Shown piece by piece: positions 10,818-21,545 of a stretch of 64,000 nucleotides of DNA. Position numbers and translations under genes: made by a program. Below the pieces are notes generated by a model that made no database searches, had not been told where the DNA came from, and worked only from the letters and a program-made list of their open reading frames with translations. This stretch comes from a virus. Its lineage: Duplodnaviria; Caudoviricetes. Numbering within the stretch: the stretch's first letter is position 1; each line of letters opens with the position of its first letter. The stretch lies in the IMG/VR virus record IMGVR_UViG_3300011337_000669; one strand, given 5' to 3'.

Positions 10818-11870
10818 ATGGAAAACCAACTTCAAGAAAAAGTAAAACAATCCATTACGATACTAAGAGAAAAACAAGCCAGAATATATTTTTTAGTTCA
10901 AGATACTAAAGGTAATGCAAAGGCATCTGTAAGACTCATATATCAAATGGCAAAAACATTAAAAGACAATGGATTTAATCCAATTATCCTTCACGAAAAA
11001 TCTGATTATGCGGGTGTTGTGGCATGGTTAGATGAAGAATACATGTCCTTACCTCACAGAGCAATCGAAGGTCAAAATTTAGAAATTTCACCTGAAGATT
11101 TTTTAGTCATCCCAGAAGTATTCGGATTTGTTATGGACCAAGTAAAACAACTTCCTTGTGCCAAAATTGTATTAACTCAACAATACGCTCACATGTTGGA
11201 AACTTTACAACCAGGTCAAACATGGAATCAATTCGGATTCCTAAAATGTATTACTACTTCGAGTAAACAAAAAGAATATATTGAAAGGGTTATGAGACAA
11301 GTCTCATTTGATATTATTGACCCTTTGATTGGTGAGGAATTTACACCTAAGTCGATACCAGCAATGCCAATCATCGGTGTTCACACAAAAGAACAAAGTG
11401 ATGCTATTAATTTAATCAAAACTTTCTATTTGAAGTTTCCACAATACAGGTGGTTTACTTTTCGAGATTTGAGAGGTTTGTCAGAAAAAGAATTTGCAAA
11501 TTCTTTAAGAGACTGTTTTTTAAGTGTTTGGATTGATGACCACAGTGGATTTGGAACGTTTCCTTTGGAATCTATGAAATCTAATGTACCAGTCATTGGA
11601 AAAGTTCCAAACCTGTCTCCTGATTGGATGAGCGAAGACAATGGTATTTGGGTGACGGACCAAACTTTATTACCTGATTTAGTTGCCGATTATGCACAAA
11701 ATTGGTTGGAAGATAATATTGACCCACAAATCTATGAAAAAATGAAAGAAACCGTTGAAAGGTATATCGATAAACAAAAGTTTGAATCATCCATTGTTTC
11801 ATTATTTGATGGTTATTTAACCACCCGAGCTGATTCATTCGAAAACCAAATCACCAAAACAGAAGAATAA
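10818..11870 (+). CDS. GT-B-like glycosyltransferase-related protein
   Basis: DFLVIPEVFG and GFGTFPLESMKSNVPVIG resemble the GT-B donor-binding (E.FG...EAM..G.PV) region. Confidence 0.55.
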   Translation: MENQLQEKVKQSITILREKQARIYFLVQDTKGNAKASVRLIYQMAKTLKDNGFNPIILHEKSDYAGVVAWLDEEYMSLPHRAIEGQNLEISPEDFLVIPEVFGFVMDQVKQLPCAKIVLTQQYAHMLETLQPGQTWNQFGFLKCITTSSKQKEYIERVMRQVSFDIIDPLIGEEFTPKSIPAMPIIGVHTKEQSDAINLIKTFYLKFPQYRWFTFRDLRGLSEKEFANSLRDCFLSVWIDDHSGFGTFPLESMKSNVPVIGKVPNLSPDWMSEDNGIWVTDQTLLPDLVADYAQNWLEDNIDPQIYEKMKETVERYIDKQKFESSIVSLFDGYLTTRADSFENQITKTEE

Positions 11871-11871
11871 T

Positions 11872-12678
11872 ATGAATAATACATTATCACTATCAGTAAT
11901 ACTTCCCATAAAATCTTCCAAAGCGAAAGATTTCGATGAATATTTTGAAAAGGCGATTTCATCTCTAAAAAATCAAACAGTTGGTTTCGAGGAATTAGTT
12001 ATCGTACATACACAAGAAGAATCTTTAATTGACCACCTAAATTCTTATGATTTTGGGGATTTGAATGTTACAAAATTATTGTGGGATAAAGACCCAAGTT
12101 ATGCAAATCAAGTAAATTACGGAATTAAAAACGCAAAGGGAACTTGGGTTTCTCTTTTTGAGTTTGATGACGAATATTCTTCAATTTGGTTCAAAAATGT
12201 ACAAAAGTATGTTGAATCATTTCCTGATGTTCAAATGTTTTTACCTGTGGTTGTTGAAACGGATGAGAAGGGATTATTTGCGGGATTTACAAACGAGGCA
12301 ACTTTCGCGGCAAACTTTTCACAAGAAATGGGGATTTTAACTAATGATACCCTACAAGAATACCAAAATTTCCAAACTGCGGGGTCTGTATTCAAAAAAT
12401 CAATTATCGAAGATTTTGGAGGTTTCAAACCGTCAATTAAATTGACATTTATTTATGAACTTTTATTAAGACTGACATACAACTCTGTTTCAATAATGAC
12501 AATACCAAGACTTGGTTATAAGCACGTTAACCTCAGAGAAGGTTCTGTTTTTTGGAACTATAAATTTGGTGTAGATAAAATGATTGAAGACGAAGTTAAG
12601 TTTTGGATACAGACAGCAAAAAGAGAATATTTTTTCACGGACGATAGATCCATAAAATATCAATCAGATAATGCTTAA
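11872..12678 (+). CDS. GT2-like protein
   Basis: LSVILPI start, NYGIKNAKGTWVSLFEFDDEY. Confidence 0.6.
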   Translation: MNNTLSLSVILPIKSSKAKDFDEYFEKAISSLKNQTVGFEELVIVHTQEESLIDHLNSYDFGDLNVTKLLWDKDPSYANQVNYGIKNAKGTWVSLFEFDDEYSSIWFKNVQKYVESFPDVQMFLPVVVETDEKGLFAGFTNEATFAANFSQEMGILTNDTLQEYQNFQTAGSVFKKSIIEDFGGFKPSIKLTFIYELLLRLTYNSVSIMTIPRLGYKHVNLREGSVFWNYKFGVDKMIEDEVKFWIQTAKREYFFTDDRSIKYQSDNA

Positions 12679-13424
12679 TGCAAGAATCACTCTCTGCTGT
12701 AACAGAGGATGTTTTATCAAAAAAACGAGGTAGAAAGGCGGTTAAAGAAAATTATTTTGATGTAAGAGAAGAAGAGGCCGTTAGAAAATTTCTAATCGCC
12801 GAAACTTCATACGAAAAAAATAAAATATATAATCAATTTTTGAGGTTACCTTTAGATAAAATGATTTCCTCAATTATACGACGATACAAGTTATATCGTA
12901 AAGACATGAATTTCGAGGAAATTCATACAGATACACATTCCTTTCTCATGACTAAGGTTGATAAGTTTAAGCCAGATAAAAATAAGAAGGCTTATTCTTA
13001 TTTTGGTACTATCTGTAAAAATTATCTTATGGGACAGATTATAAAAGACCAAAAAGAAACTAATAGAAAAATATCATACGAAGATATTTCATCAAGTCTT
13101 GAAGAAAGACCTGATATGTCTTATCGAATAGATGACGATATTATTGAAACTGATTACGTTATCAATAAATATTTGGAGGAATTAAAAGATTACATCGAAT
13201 TAGAACAACTAAACGATAATGAAAAGAAATTAGGTTATGCTCTAATTGATTTGTTTGATAATTATGAATCAATATTCTCAGGTGCTGACAATAATAAATT
13301 TAACAAAAATGTTATTCTTTTATCATTAAGAGAAATGACTAATTTAAGTACCAAAGAAATACGTAGTTCTATAAAAAGATTCAAAAAATTATACATTGTA
13401 ATTCAATCAAGAATCAAAAACTGA
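12678..13424 (+). CDS. Phage RNA polymerase sigma factor (sigma70 region 2-like)
   Basis: FLMTKVDKFKPDKNKKAYSYFGTICKNYL resembles sigma region 2.2-2.3 (F.P.....FSYF....); basic C-terminal helix. Confidence 0.65.
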   Translation: MQESLSAVTEDVLSKKRGRKAVKENYFDVREEEAVRKFLIAETSYEKNKIYNQFLRLPLDKMISSIIRRYKLYRKDMNFEEIHTDTHSFLMTKVDKFKPDKNKKAYSYFGTICKNYLMGQIIKDQKETNRKISYEDISSSLEERPDMSYRIDDDIIETDYVINKYLEELKDYIELEQLNDNEKKLGYALIDLFDNYESIFSGADNNKFNKNVILLSLREMTNLSTKEIRSSIKRFKKLYIVIQSRIKN

Positions 13425-13443
13425 TAAAAAAGTATTTATAGAA

Positions 13444-13812
13444 ATGCCGAGACCTCAAAGAAAAGAAATTAATTTCACTAAAGATTCTATATTATCACTC
13501 ATGCAAGAAATTTATAATGAACTTGTTGAGCAAAGACAGACTGCAATTAGAATTCAAAATAAAATGTTGGCTTTATTAAAAGACCCATCCGACATGACTA
13601 CTATTGGCCCTGTAATCGAGAAACAACAAAAAATTGTAAACGATTGTGTGGAGAAAAAAATTAGTTTATCAAAACTACAGTCAAGTATTTGGGAGAAAAC
13701 AAACAACAACAAAGAGGAATCATTCTCTCTTGCAGATTTAGACGATGATTTGATACAGAATCTCATTGAAAAAGATGTTTCCAAAGATGAGGAATCATAT
13801 AAAATGAGATAG
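13444..13812 (+). CDS. Hypothetical protein
   Basis: ORF preceded by TATTTATA motif at 13433-13440. Confidence 0.7.
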   Translation: MPRPQRKEINFTKDSILSLMQEIYNELVEQRQTAIRIQNKMLALLKDPSDMTTIGPVIEKQQKIVNDCVEKKISLSKLQSSIWEKTNNNKEESFSLADLDDDLIQNLIEKDVSKDEESYKMR

Positions 13813-13815
13813 ACT

Positions 13816-15912
13816 ATGCCATTAGATATAAATTCGACTCAACAATCAATTCAGAGTAAAATTGATGCTTATAAAACCTATAGAGAAGTATCTACGTCTG
13901 AAAAAGGTTTATTAGGTAAATTGGGTAATTCCGCATCAGAGGCAACTTCTCAAATTTCGAGTCAACTCGATAAAGTAAGTGAATTCCAAAAGAGATTTCA
14001 AAGAAACCCTCCAAATTCGATGGATCAACTATTGGGGTTTTTAGGGCAAACTCAGGGTAATGGAAGTTCAACTCTAAAATATCTTAGAACAAAAATATTA
14101 GAAGCCGCAGTTCAAATCGAGCCAAAAGTGGCAGGTATATTAAATAAAGAAACTATAAAAGCTCTTGGATGTTCGGTTGAACAAACATATAATGGAGTGT
14201 CAGCTGAAAGTTTGTCTCTTCAACCAATTCCATTAAGACCTCAACAAGAAGGAATATATATACCAGTCAATTCTTTAGATTTTTTTTCAAATCTAAAGCA
14301 GTCACCAGAAACTAATTTCGGTAAAATTTATTATGAAAAACCAGATCCATCTGCCGATTCAATATTTCGGCCGTATGGAGGTCCGCAACCATTCCCAATG
14401 AATAAACAATTATTCAATATGATGACTTCTGACAACGCTGGAAGGTCGTTCAATCAAATAAATGGGAAAAATTATTTAGGAAAATCAGGACAAAACCTTT
14501 TTGATTTACAATACACTAATACTAATAGTTTTGGTGTGACCGGTGATTATTACAGAGTTTTTCTTATTGATAGAGAAGATGGATCTGGTAATATAACCAA
14601 CAACGTTGGGGAGTTTATTTCTGATTACTACAGTACCATCAAATTAGTCGATTCGGTTGATATTGGTGCCCAAATTGTCAACATAATTTCAGGAGCAATT
14701 AATTATAATACTCAAGTTGGATTCGGAGAAATAAATAACCAGTCCAGATTTGCCCTTATAGTTCAGAGAATTCTTGGTTTATGCTTCGACGACAGGAGGG
14801 AAATAGATGTTAGTGGAGTTGCTAAAATTGCTGAATTAGATGGTGTTGATGATTCATTTTTTGAACTTAATGAAATTGATTTAAGAAATATCGATGTAGA
14901 AATATCAAATGTTCAAAATGGTATTATGGAATTTGAGGATTGTGATAACATCAAACTCCCCGTAAATTCTGAAGTTTTAATTGATGAATTAATTGATTTT
15001 AGAAATACTGAAAGTGGTAACACCGTAGAACAGCAAGTTGAAATTCTTGGACAAATTATTGATTCCATATCTGATAATCCTGATTGGTCTCTAACAGCCC
15101 CAACAAACTTAAATGTAAAAGTATCGATAGATAAAAATCTCATTAAAAAAATACCTTTAGCAGTTGCTGCATCCGTATTAACTCCAAAAAATTTACTACC
15201 GCTCTATACTTTATTATCCGTAATACAATCCGGAGCAACTTTTACATATAATAAATCAGTTTCTGAAGTTAATGAAACTACAGAATCAATAACTTCATTT
15301 GGAAATCAAGGAGCTAACCTCGGTACTCCGGAAAGTAACATTGTTAATAGTGCTGAAGATTTCTTAAAAAAATATAAAACTTTTGCCATTCAAGTCATTT
15401 CTCAAATAAATGCTGAGTTTCTTCAAGTCCTTTATGAGATACTAAAAAAAGACATCGTTAATTTAGTTTCGGCAATCATTGGGGATATTTCTAAATCAAA
15501 ATTATTAAAAAAATATGCGATAATTTTGAGATTAGCACAACTTGCGTTAATAGTATCTCAGTTGGTAAATGACTATCGAAAGTGTAAGAGTCTTTTGGAT
15601 AATATCTTATTACTATTGAATTTAGTGGGTCAAGGATTGAATGCAAACTCTCCTTTACGAAATGAAATACCTTTACCGCTATTGTTATTATCAAGTGTAT
15701 TACCAGGTTATTCTCCTGAAAGAGCGACAATAAACGCAATCCAATTACTTCAGGGATTAGGAATTCCTACAGGAACTTTACCTGATGGGTCACCAAATTT
15801 GATGTTATTATATAATTTAGTAACAAATAAAGCCGCAGACCAAGAGGAAACCGAGAATGGAAAAATTGAAATAGGAGTTGTGGGAGCACTTGGATTTGGA
15901 AAAAAAATATAA
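13816..15912 (+). CDS. Large hypothetical protein, probably virion-associated
   Basis: 698 aa ORF in operon with the gp5-like gene; no recognised motif. Confidence 0.5.
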   Translation: MPLDINSTQQSIQSKIDAYKTYREVSTSEKGLLGKLGNSASEATSQISSQLDKVSEFQKRFQRNPPNSMDQLLGFLGQTQGNGSSTLKYLRTKILEAAVQIEPKVAGILNKETIKALGCSVEQTYNGVSAESLSLQPIPLRPQQEGIYIPVNSLDFFSNLKQSPETNFGKIYYEKPDPSADSIFRPYGGPQPFPMNKQLFNMMTSDNAGRSFNQINGKNYLGKSGQNLFDLQYTNTNSFGVTGDYYRVFLIDREDGSGNITNNVGEFISDYYSTIKLVDSVDIGAQIVNIISGAINYNTQVGFGEINNQSRFALIVQRILGLCFDDRREIDVSGVAKIAELDGVDDSFFELNEIDLRNIDVEISNVQNGIMEFEDCDNIKLPVNSEVLIDELIDFRNTESGNTVEQQVEILGQIIDSISDNPDWSLTAPTNLNVKVSIDKNLIKKIPLAVAASVLTPKNLLPLYTLLSVIQSGATFTYNKSVSEVNETTESITSFGNQGANLGTPESNIVNSAEDFLKKYKTFAIQVISQINAEFLQVLYEILKKDIVNLVSAIIGDISKSKLLKKYAIILRLAQLALIVSQLVNDYRKCKSLLDNILLLLNLVGQGLNANSPLRNEIPLPLLLLSSVLPGYSPERATINAIQLLQGLGIPTGTLPDGSPNLMLLYNLVTNKAADQEETENGKIEIGVVGALGFGKKI

Positions 15913-15914
15913 AC

Positions 15915-16127
15915 ATGAAAGACGAAAAATTTAAGGAAATCTTAGATAGTCAACTATCTCTTAAGGATTTACCAAATACAAAGTTGGTTGAGTTTATGGA
16001 TTTACTTTCATCCGATTTTGATACAACAAAAGAATCTATAATTAAAAGTACTCTTTATTTGGACAAATTAGAAGAATTATATGATAGGGTATTAAAAGTT
16101 TATCAAGATAGAAATAATGGAAAATAA
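15915..16127 (+). CDS. Hypothetical protein
   Basis: Operonic ORF. Confidence 0.6.
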   Translation: MKDEKFKEILDSQLSLKDLPNTKLVEFMDLLSSDFDTTKESIIKSTLYLDKLEELYDRVLKVYQDRNNGK

Positions 16128-17652
16128 TTCAATATTTTTTCAGTGTAGGGTACTAAATACTGAAGACCCAATGATGTTGGGAAGAATTCGAGGTGTTAGA
16201 CTTATCGACAATTATGACGATATCTTGAAAAGTATTAGTGACCCTCCATGGAATGAAGAAAAAGATATATGGACTGCTCGAGACCCATTTATATTCAATG
16301 CATTACTTCCATATTTCGTATATTCGGTTCCGAAAGTCGATGAATTGGTTCAGGTGATTTATGTAAACAAAGATTTCCAATATCAAAATCAGTACTACGT
16401 TCAAAATACCTTCTCAAGTCCAACCGCAACCTTCAAAGAATATTATTTTGGTGGAAATAAATTCACAGGTACGGGTATGCAAATCAAAAACCCAAAACCA
16501 CTCAAAAATCAAGATGGGACTTTTACTGACCAATCAATACACAAAGGTGTGTTTCCTCAACCAGGGGATAATGCTTTAATGGGTAGAGGTAGTGCTGATG
16601 TTATTGTAAAACAAGACGAAATTTTAATTAGGGCAGGTAAATTCAAAGGAGAACAGTTGCAACCGAATGTAATACCTGTCGCAAACCAACAAAGAGGGTT
16701 TTTACAACTCTCTAAGTTTCAAAGTATCTTACAAAATTTAGAACCAAAAGTTTATTTTGAATTACAAGAAGATGTTTTATTAACCAAATATTTAATCGAA
16801 TGGACTCTTACAAATCCTGAAAATACACAAGATAAATTCTCTGGATCGGTTTATTTATATCAATTGAAGCCAAATCCTACCGTAAATTCCAAATTAATTT
16901 CAGTAGATAGTGAAATTTCAGAAAACCTTAAAAAATTGGTTGCACTTGAATCATTTGAGATGTTATCCAAAATAGAAACTATTAAATTTATAAATGATTT
17001 CATAAAGCAATGTAATGAAACAGATGTTACTAAAAGTGGTGTTAAATTGTTCAATGACAATAATGCGTCAAATAAATTTCCAATTTATTATCGGCCTAAT
17101 ACAATAATGTATTCGAAATTGAATCCATCAACACCGTTAGGATCATCAGCAACACCAATAGAAGTTAGTAACATCAGTGACGTTTATAAGGGGATAAAAT
17201 TAAATCCTTCATTGAAAGGTGGTTATGGTTTAATTTATGCAAAAGGAAAAGTTGGAATTCCGAGAACTCCTGTAAAAAAGGTAGTCAAACAACAAAAGTA
17301 TGTTAATCAAGAATCATCTTACGGGGCATTAGGAAGTGATGTTTTATTTTTAGTTTCTCACAACTCACAAATTCCTGGTAAGGGTAAAATTAACTTTGAC
17401 GATACTTTATATGGTATAACTCCCGAAAAATTTACGAATGAGTTATTACCAAAAACTTCAAGTATGGTTAGGGGAGAAGAACTTTTAGAATTAATAAATT
17501 TGATTGTCAAATTCTTGGTAACTCACACTCACGCATATCCAGGTCTTCCACCAGTACCCATAACTCAAGAAGGAACAAACACACAATCAATTCTAACCGA
17601 ACTGAATAATGCAGTCAACAAAATTCTAAGCAAAAATATTCGACTTAATTGA
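16117..17652 (+). CDS. Baseplate hub/spike protein (gp5/VgrG OB-fold-like)
   Basis: N-terminal CRVLNTEDPMMLGRIRG (V..DP..LGR.RV-type OB fold) and C-terminal THTH metal-binding tip motif. Confidence 0.55.
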   Translation: MENNSIFFQCRVLNTEDPMMLGRIRGVRLIDNYDDILKSISDPPWNEEKDIWTARDPFIFNALLPYFVYSVPKVDELVQVIYVNKDFQYQNQYYVQNTFSSPTATFKEYYFGGNKFTGTGMQIKNPKPLKNQDGTFTDQSIHKGVFPQPGDNALMGRGSADVIVKQDEILIRAGKFKGEQLQPNVIPVANQQRGFLQLSKFQSILQNLEPKVYFELQEDVLLTKYLIEWTLTNPENTQDKFSGSVYLYQLKPNPTVNSKLISVDSEISENLKKLVALESFEMLSKIETIKFINDFIKQCNETDVTKSGVKLFNDNNASNKFPIYYRPNTIMYSKLNPSTPLGSSATPIEVSNISDVYKGIKLNPSLKGGYGLIYAKGKVGIPRTPVKKVVKQQKYVNQESSYGALGSDVLFLVSHNSQIPGKGKINFDDTLYGITPEKFTNELLPKTSSMVRGEELLELINLIVKFLVTHTHAYPGLPPVPITQEGTNTQSILTELNNAVNKILSKNIRLN

Positions 17653-17673
17653 TATTTATTAGTTAAAAGATAA

Positions 17674-19176
17674 ATGTCAATCTTAAGGTCTTACATAAAT
17701 AAAAACAATACCATCATTTCAAACTCATATGTCAATACGGGTAGAAACCCTGTAATTGAGTTGAATTTTGGCGCTTCAAATTTAATTGTCCCAAACTTTG
17801 GTTACACAAGATTTATCTTTGATTTAGATTTATCTTTATTAGAGGAAAATATAATTTCAGGTGTCATATCTACAGGATGTACTTCCGCTATGACTCACAC
17901 CCTGAAAATGACCAACACATCTTCATTTGATAATGAATTACTTAATTCATTTATGTCCAATGAAAGACGAAGAGCAACTTCGTTTGACTTAATATTATGG
18001 AGAATCCCCAAATTTTCAGGTACCACAGGTGAACCCCAATTTTGGGATGAAGGTGTAGGTTATGACTATAATGATTTCAACATCGCACAAAATAGTGCGA
18101 ATGGTGGAATTTCCCCTTTAACATACGTTGACAGTAGAGCATATTCCACACGACCATCTAACTGGTATCAGACGACAACTCTCTCTGGATGGTCTCAAAA
18201 TGGTATCTACAACAATAAGAATGAAGGGTCTGTAAACTATTCAGGTTTGACCATTGTTGCTCGACAACATTTCGAACTCGGAAACGAAGATTTGAACATG
18301 GATATGACCGCCGAAATTAATGGTATATTGAATGGTTCCATAACTGGAGTCACAGGTTGGGGTATGTCATATCTACCACAAATAGAAAACATCACAGGTC
18401 TTACGGAAAGTTATAGTGTTGCGTTTTTCTCAAGACATACTCAAACTTTTTATCAACCCTATCTTCTAACAAATTACAACGATTTCGTAGAAGACGACAG
18501 AAATCTATTCCTTAAAAACCAAGAAAACAAGTTATTCTTATATGTCTATCAAAATGGGGATTTTGTAAATTTAGATTCTGACCCATTCGTTAGAATTGAA
18601 GATAGAAATGGTACAGCAGTCACAGGTATGGCTTCGCTGACAACTTGTCTTAAAACTAAGGGAATATACGAGGTTACAGTACCTAATGGATTTTCTAACT
18701 ATCCAACACCATGTGTATTTTATGATGTATGGTCTGGTCTTACAATCAATGGACAATCAATACCTAACGTAACAAACCAGTTCACATTACAACCATATAC
18801 ATCAGGTATTCAAATCGGTTCAGTCTCCAAAGACCCTGAAATATTTGGTTTTGACTTCTACGGTATTCTACAAAATGAAAAAATCCTTAATACGGATATT
18901 CGTAAAGTTGGTGTAACAATTAAGAAGGCATACACAGGACAACAACTTCTGTTGAACGTTTCAGGATTTTATCGAGTATATGTAATGGAGGGGACAACTG
19001 AAGTTCAAGTACAAGATTGGACTCCTATAAATCGTACTCCAAATGAATATTATTTCATATTTGATATGAGAGACAAAATACCAAATCAATATTTTGTCGA
19101 TATTCAAGTGAACACTTCGGGAGAAAAAGATACTTATAAAAGACAATTAACATTTTCAATCGTAAATACAAAATGA
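17674..19176 (+). CDS. Putative virion structural protein
   Basis: 500 aa Thr/Gly/Asn-rich beta-type ORF after a TATTTATT motif. Confidence 0.45.
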   Translation: MSILRSYINKNNTIISNSYVNTGRNPVIELNFGASNLIVPNFGYTRFIFDLDLSLLEENIISGVISTGCTSAMTHTLKMTNTSSFDNELLNSFMSNERRRATSFDLILWRIPKFSGTTGEPQFWDEGVGYDYNDFNIAQNSANGGISPLTYVDSRAYSTRPSNWYQTTTLSGWSQNGIYNNKNEGSVNYSGLTIVARQHFELGNEDLNMDMTAEINGILNGSITGVTGWGMSYLPQIENITGLTESYSVAFFSRHTQTFYQPYLLTNYNDFVEDDRNLFLKNQENKLFLYVYQNGDFVNLDSDPFVRIEDRNGTAVTGMASLTTCLKTKGIYEVTVPNGFSNYPTPCVFYDVWSGLTINGQSIPNVTNQFTLQPYTSGIQIGSVSKDPEIFGFDFYGILQNEKILNTDIRKVGVTIKKAYTGQQLLLNVSGFYRVYVMEGTTEVQVQDWTPINRTPNEYYFIFDMRDKIPNQYFVDIQVNTSGEKDTYKRQLTFSIVNTK

Positions 19177-19640
19177 GTAAAGTAGTTAAACTAACAGAAA
19201 AGGATTTATCACATTTAGTCAAACGAGTTTTGAGTGAGCAACAAGAATCCGAAAATTATATGTTCTTCAGTAATCTAAAACAAATTGCTAGACAATGTCA
19301 AATGTTATTGGATATGGATGAAGAAATGATTGACCAAATTCTACAAGATGGTCATGATTGGGCAGATGACCACGTCACAGAAGCTAAAGTAAATATGGAC
19401 CAAGTTTTTGATTTCATGATGAATGAAAAAAGAAAAATGGAACAATACGTTGACTATGAAGAAATGACTGAAGGTAGAAAGAAAACGGGTACTAAACTTT
19501 GTGCTAGGGGATTAGCAGCCGCGAAAGGAAAGTTTAAGGTCCACCCCTCAGCCTATTCGAACGGTTACGGAGTCCAAGTATGTAAGGGCAAGATGCCAGG
19601 TTTAGATGGTAAAAAACGTTGTTCGGGAGCATATTGTTAA
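19173..19640 (+). CDS. Hypothetical head-associated protein
   Basis: VKLTE.DL..LVKRVLSEQ N-terminus; basic Cys-containing C-terminal domain (KLCARG...HPSAYSNGY..QVCKG). Confidence 0.55.
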   Translation: MSKVVKLTEKDLSHLVKRVLSEQQESENYMFFSNLKQIARQCQMLLDMDEEMIDQILQDGHDWADDHVTEAKVNMDQVFDFMMNEKRKMEQYVDYEEMTEGRKKTGTKLCARGLAAAKGKFKVHPSAYSNGYGVQVCKGKMPGLDGKKRCSGAYC

Positions 19641-19648
19641 AAAATAAA

Positions 19649-19678
19649 TAGGGAATCTTAAGGTTCCCTTTTTTTTTG
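19649..19678 (+). terminator. Intrinsic terminator
   Basis: AGGGAA/TTCCCT stem followed by a long T run after the + strand operon. Confidence 0.7.
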
Positions 19679-19726
19679 TCAATCAATTTTCATACTTTTG
19701 TATAGTTATTATATCCCACAAAAGAC

Positions 19727-20122
19727 ATGAAAAAATTCTTCAAAAAACTTTGGATTAAGGTTTTTCTCAAAGTACACAACAGAGTTATCCCACCGATTGA
19801 ATTCGAAGATAACGAAAGAACTTCAGCCTCTATCTGTCGTAAACTTATTAATCACCAAGATTCCAAGTTTTTGATTGCTCCATTATCTCAAAAAAGATAT
19901 ATTAAAAATGAGACCCTTCAGATGTTCGTAGTACTACAAGATGATAGAATCAATATCACCAATCACATTTATAATTATGACATCACAGTACCCTCTCAAA
20001 TGACCCAAAAATTGAATCGTATGTTCGACAACAAAGTCGAAGATGCGAGACTAAAGTTTGAAAAGGAAATGCATAGTCAAGTGAGACACTCACTCAAGAA
20101 AATTTTAGAAAAACTTATTTGA
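19727..20122 (+). CDS. Hypothetical protein
   Basis: 131 aa ORF. Confidence 0.6.
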   Translation: MKKFFKKLWIKVFLKVHNRVIPPIEFEDNERTSASICRKLINHQDSKFLIAPLSQKRYIKNETLQMFVVLQDDRINITNHIYNYDITVPSQMTQKLNRMFDNKVEDARLKFEKEMHSQVRHSLKKILEKLI

Positions 20123-20810
20123 AATTTTCTTTCAAAACCTTTGTAATTAAATCCCTTAATGATTCATTTCGGGATTTTTTTGGTTTATAACTTACCATTG
20201 TTGGTTTATTACCTGTACCTGATTTCGGATTAGCCTTTTCAACCCTCCTTTTTTGTGAACATGCAGATTTTTTCTGAGCGTCCGTCATTTTAGATGCAAC
20301 ACCAGCGGCTCTACACTTTGGATAACCTTTACTATCAGCTTCAGGTCTTCCACAAGGTGGATGTCCTCCACCTTCTTTTTTTCTACAAATATTTACCCAC
20401 GGACCTTTTGGTTGTTTTGAACCTTTAGGTTTTTTCTTAGTACCAAACCAAACCGCCAAATCTTCTTTCAAAAGAGATTCTTTCAATGGATCTCCACTCA
20501 TCGTAGGATTCAGGGCTGATCCTTCTTCGTCATTTTGACCTGTATAAGACTTTTTCATATCCGCCATCATTCCACTTATTTTTTTTGTTCTTTTTTCGAT
20601 TCTTTCTCTTTGTTCAGGTGATTCTTTGTAATCACCATCAGCCTCTTGATAGGCAAGTTCCGCATTCGTATATTTGTATAAAGCATCGGTAAATGGAGCC
20701 AACTGTTCTTCTTCCCACGGTTGTGGGGCTAAAACTATTGGAACCTTGAAACGTCCACTGCTTCCTGTACCCGTCGCTTCTTTTATAATATTTTTTTTCA
20801 TATTATTCAC
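20115..20810 (-). CDS. Hypothetical protein with basic Cys-containing domain
   Basis: EDLAVWF...KGPWVNIC...HPPCGR....KGYPKCR. Confidence 0.6.
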   Translation of the reverse strand: MNNMKKNIIKEATGTGSSGRFKVPIVLAPQPWEEEQLAPFTDALYKYTNAELAYQEADGDYKESPEQRERIEKRTKKISGMMADMKKSYTGQNDEEGSALNPTMSGDPLKESLLKEDLAVWFGTKKKPKGSKQPKGPWVNICRKKEGGGHPPCGRPEADSKGYPKCRAAGVASKMTDAQKKSACSQKRRVEKANPKSGTGNKPTMVSYKPKKSRNESLRDLITKVLKENFK

Positions 20811-20839
20811 TATAATAAATATACAGTTAAATCAAAATT

Positions 20840-21064
20840 ATGGAACAAAGACAACCTATTGGATTACTATTTGGAAGCGTTGGGTATTACAGTCCTGACG
20901 ACATCAATTCTATCTGTGACGATATGAATTTAGAACAAGCTTATTTTATGATTATAAAAGCTTTGGAATATTCACATAATTCTAATATCTTTACCCTCCA
21001 AGAATCCGAATTAGCATCAAAATCACTCAGAATACTCAACAATTATTTTACTCAAGAAAAATAA
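20840..21064 (+). CDS. Hypothetical protein
   Basis: 74 aa ORF. Confidence 0.55.
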   Translation: MEQRQPIGLLFGSVGYYSPDDINSICDDMNLEQAYFMIIKALEYSHNSNIFTLQESELASKSLRILNNYFTQEK

Positions 21065-21069
21065 TCTTT

Positions 21070-21528
21070 ATGAACAAATTTGTAATTTTATTATTTTCAT
21101 TTTTATTATTCGGGTTCAAGAATCCAAATAATAATGATACTCCAATTATTATACATTTTGAACAAATATTGAACGAGTATCGATATTCAAATGGATTGAG
21201 TAAGGTAGTTATAGATGAATCAATAAAGGAGTTTGCCGATGAACGAAGTAGAACTTTGGTTCAGGATTATAGTCACAATGGATTTTCCGAGAATATAAAT
21301 CACCAAAAGTTTTCATTCAGGTTTACAGGAGAAAACATTGGAATGTCAAGAAACAATCAAACTTCTTACCACTCTACAAATTATAATATAGCAATGTATT
21401 GTTTTTTACAATGGAAAAACTCTATTTCACATAACAAACTATTACTTAATAACAAAATAAAAAGGTTCTACCTATCTTACAATAAAAATAAAACCTTTAG
21501 TTACTTTTGTTTCATTGCTATGGATTAA
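21070..21528 (+). CDS. CAP/SCP-domain secreted protein
   Basis: Signal-like N-terminus; LNEYR..NGL, SHNGF, GENI, WKNSISHNKLLL. Confidence 0.75.
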   Translation: MNKFVILLFSFLLFGFKNPNNNDTPIIIHFEQILNEYRYSNGLSKVVIDESIKEFADERSRTLVQDYSHNGFSENINHQKFSFRFTGENIGMSRNNQTSYHSTNYNIAMYCFLQWKNSISHNKLLLNNKIKRFYLSYNKNKTFSYFCFIAMD

Positions 21529-21545
21529 ACTTATTTGTTATCCTC

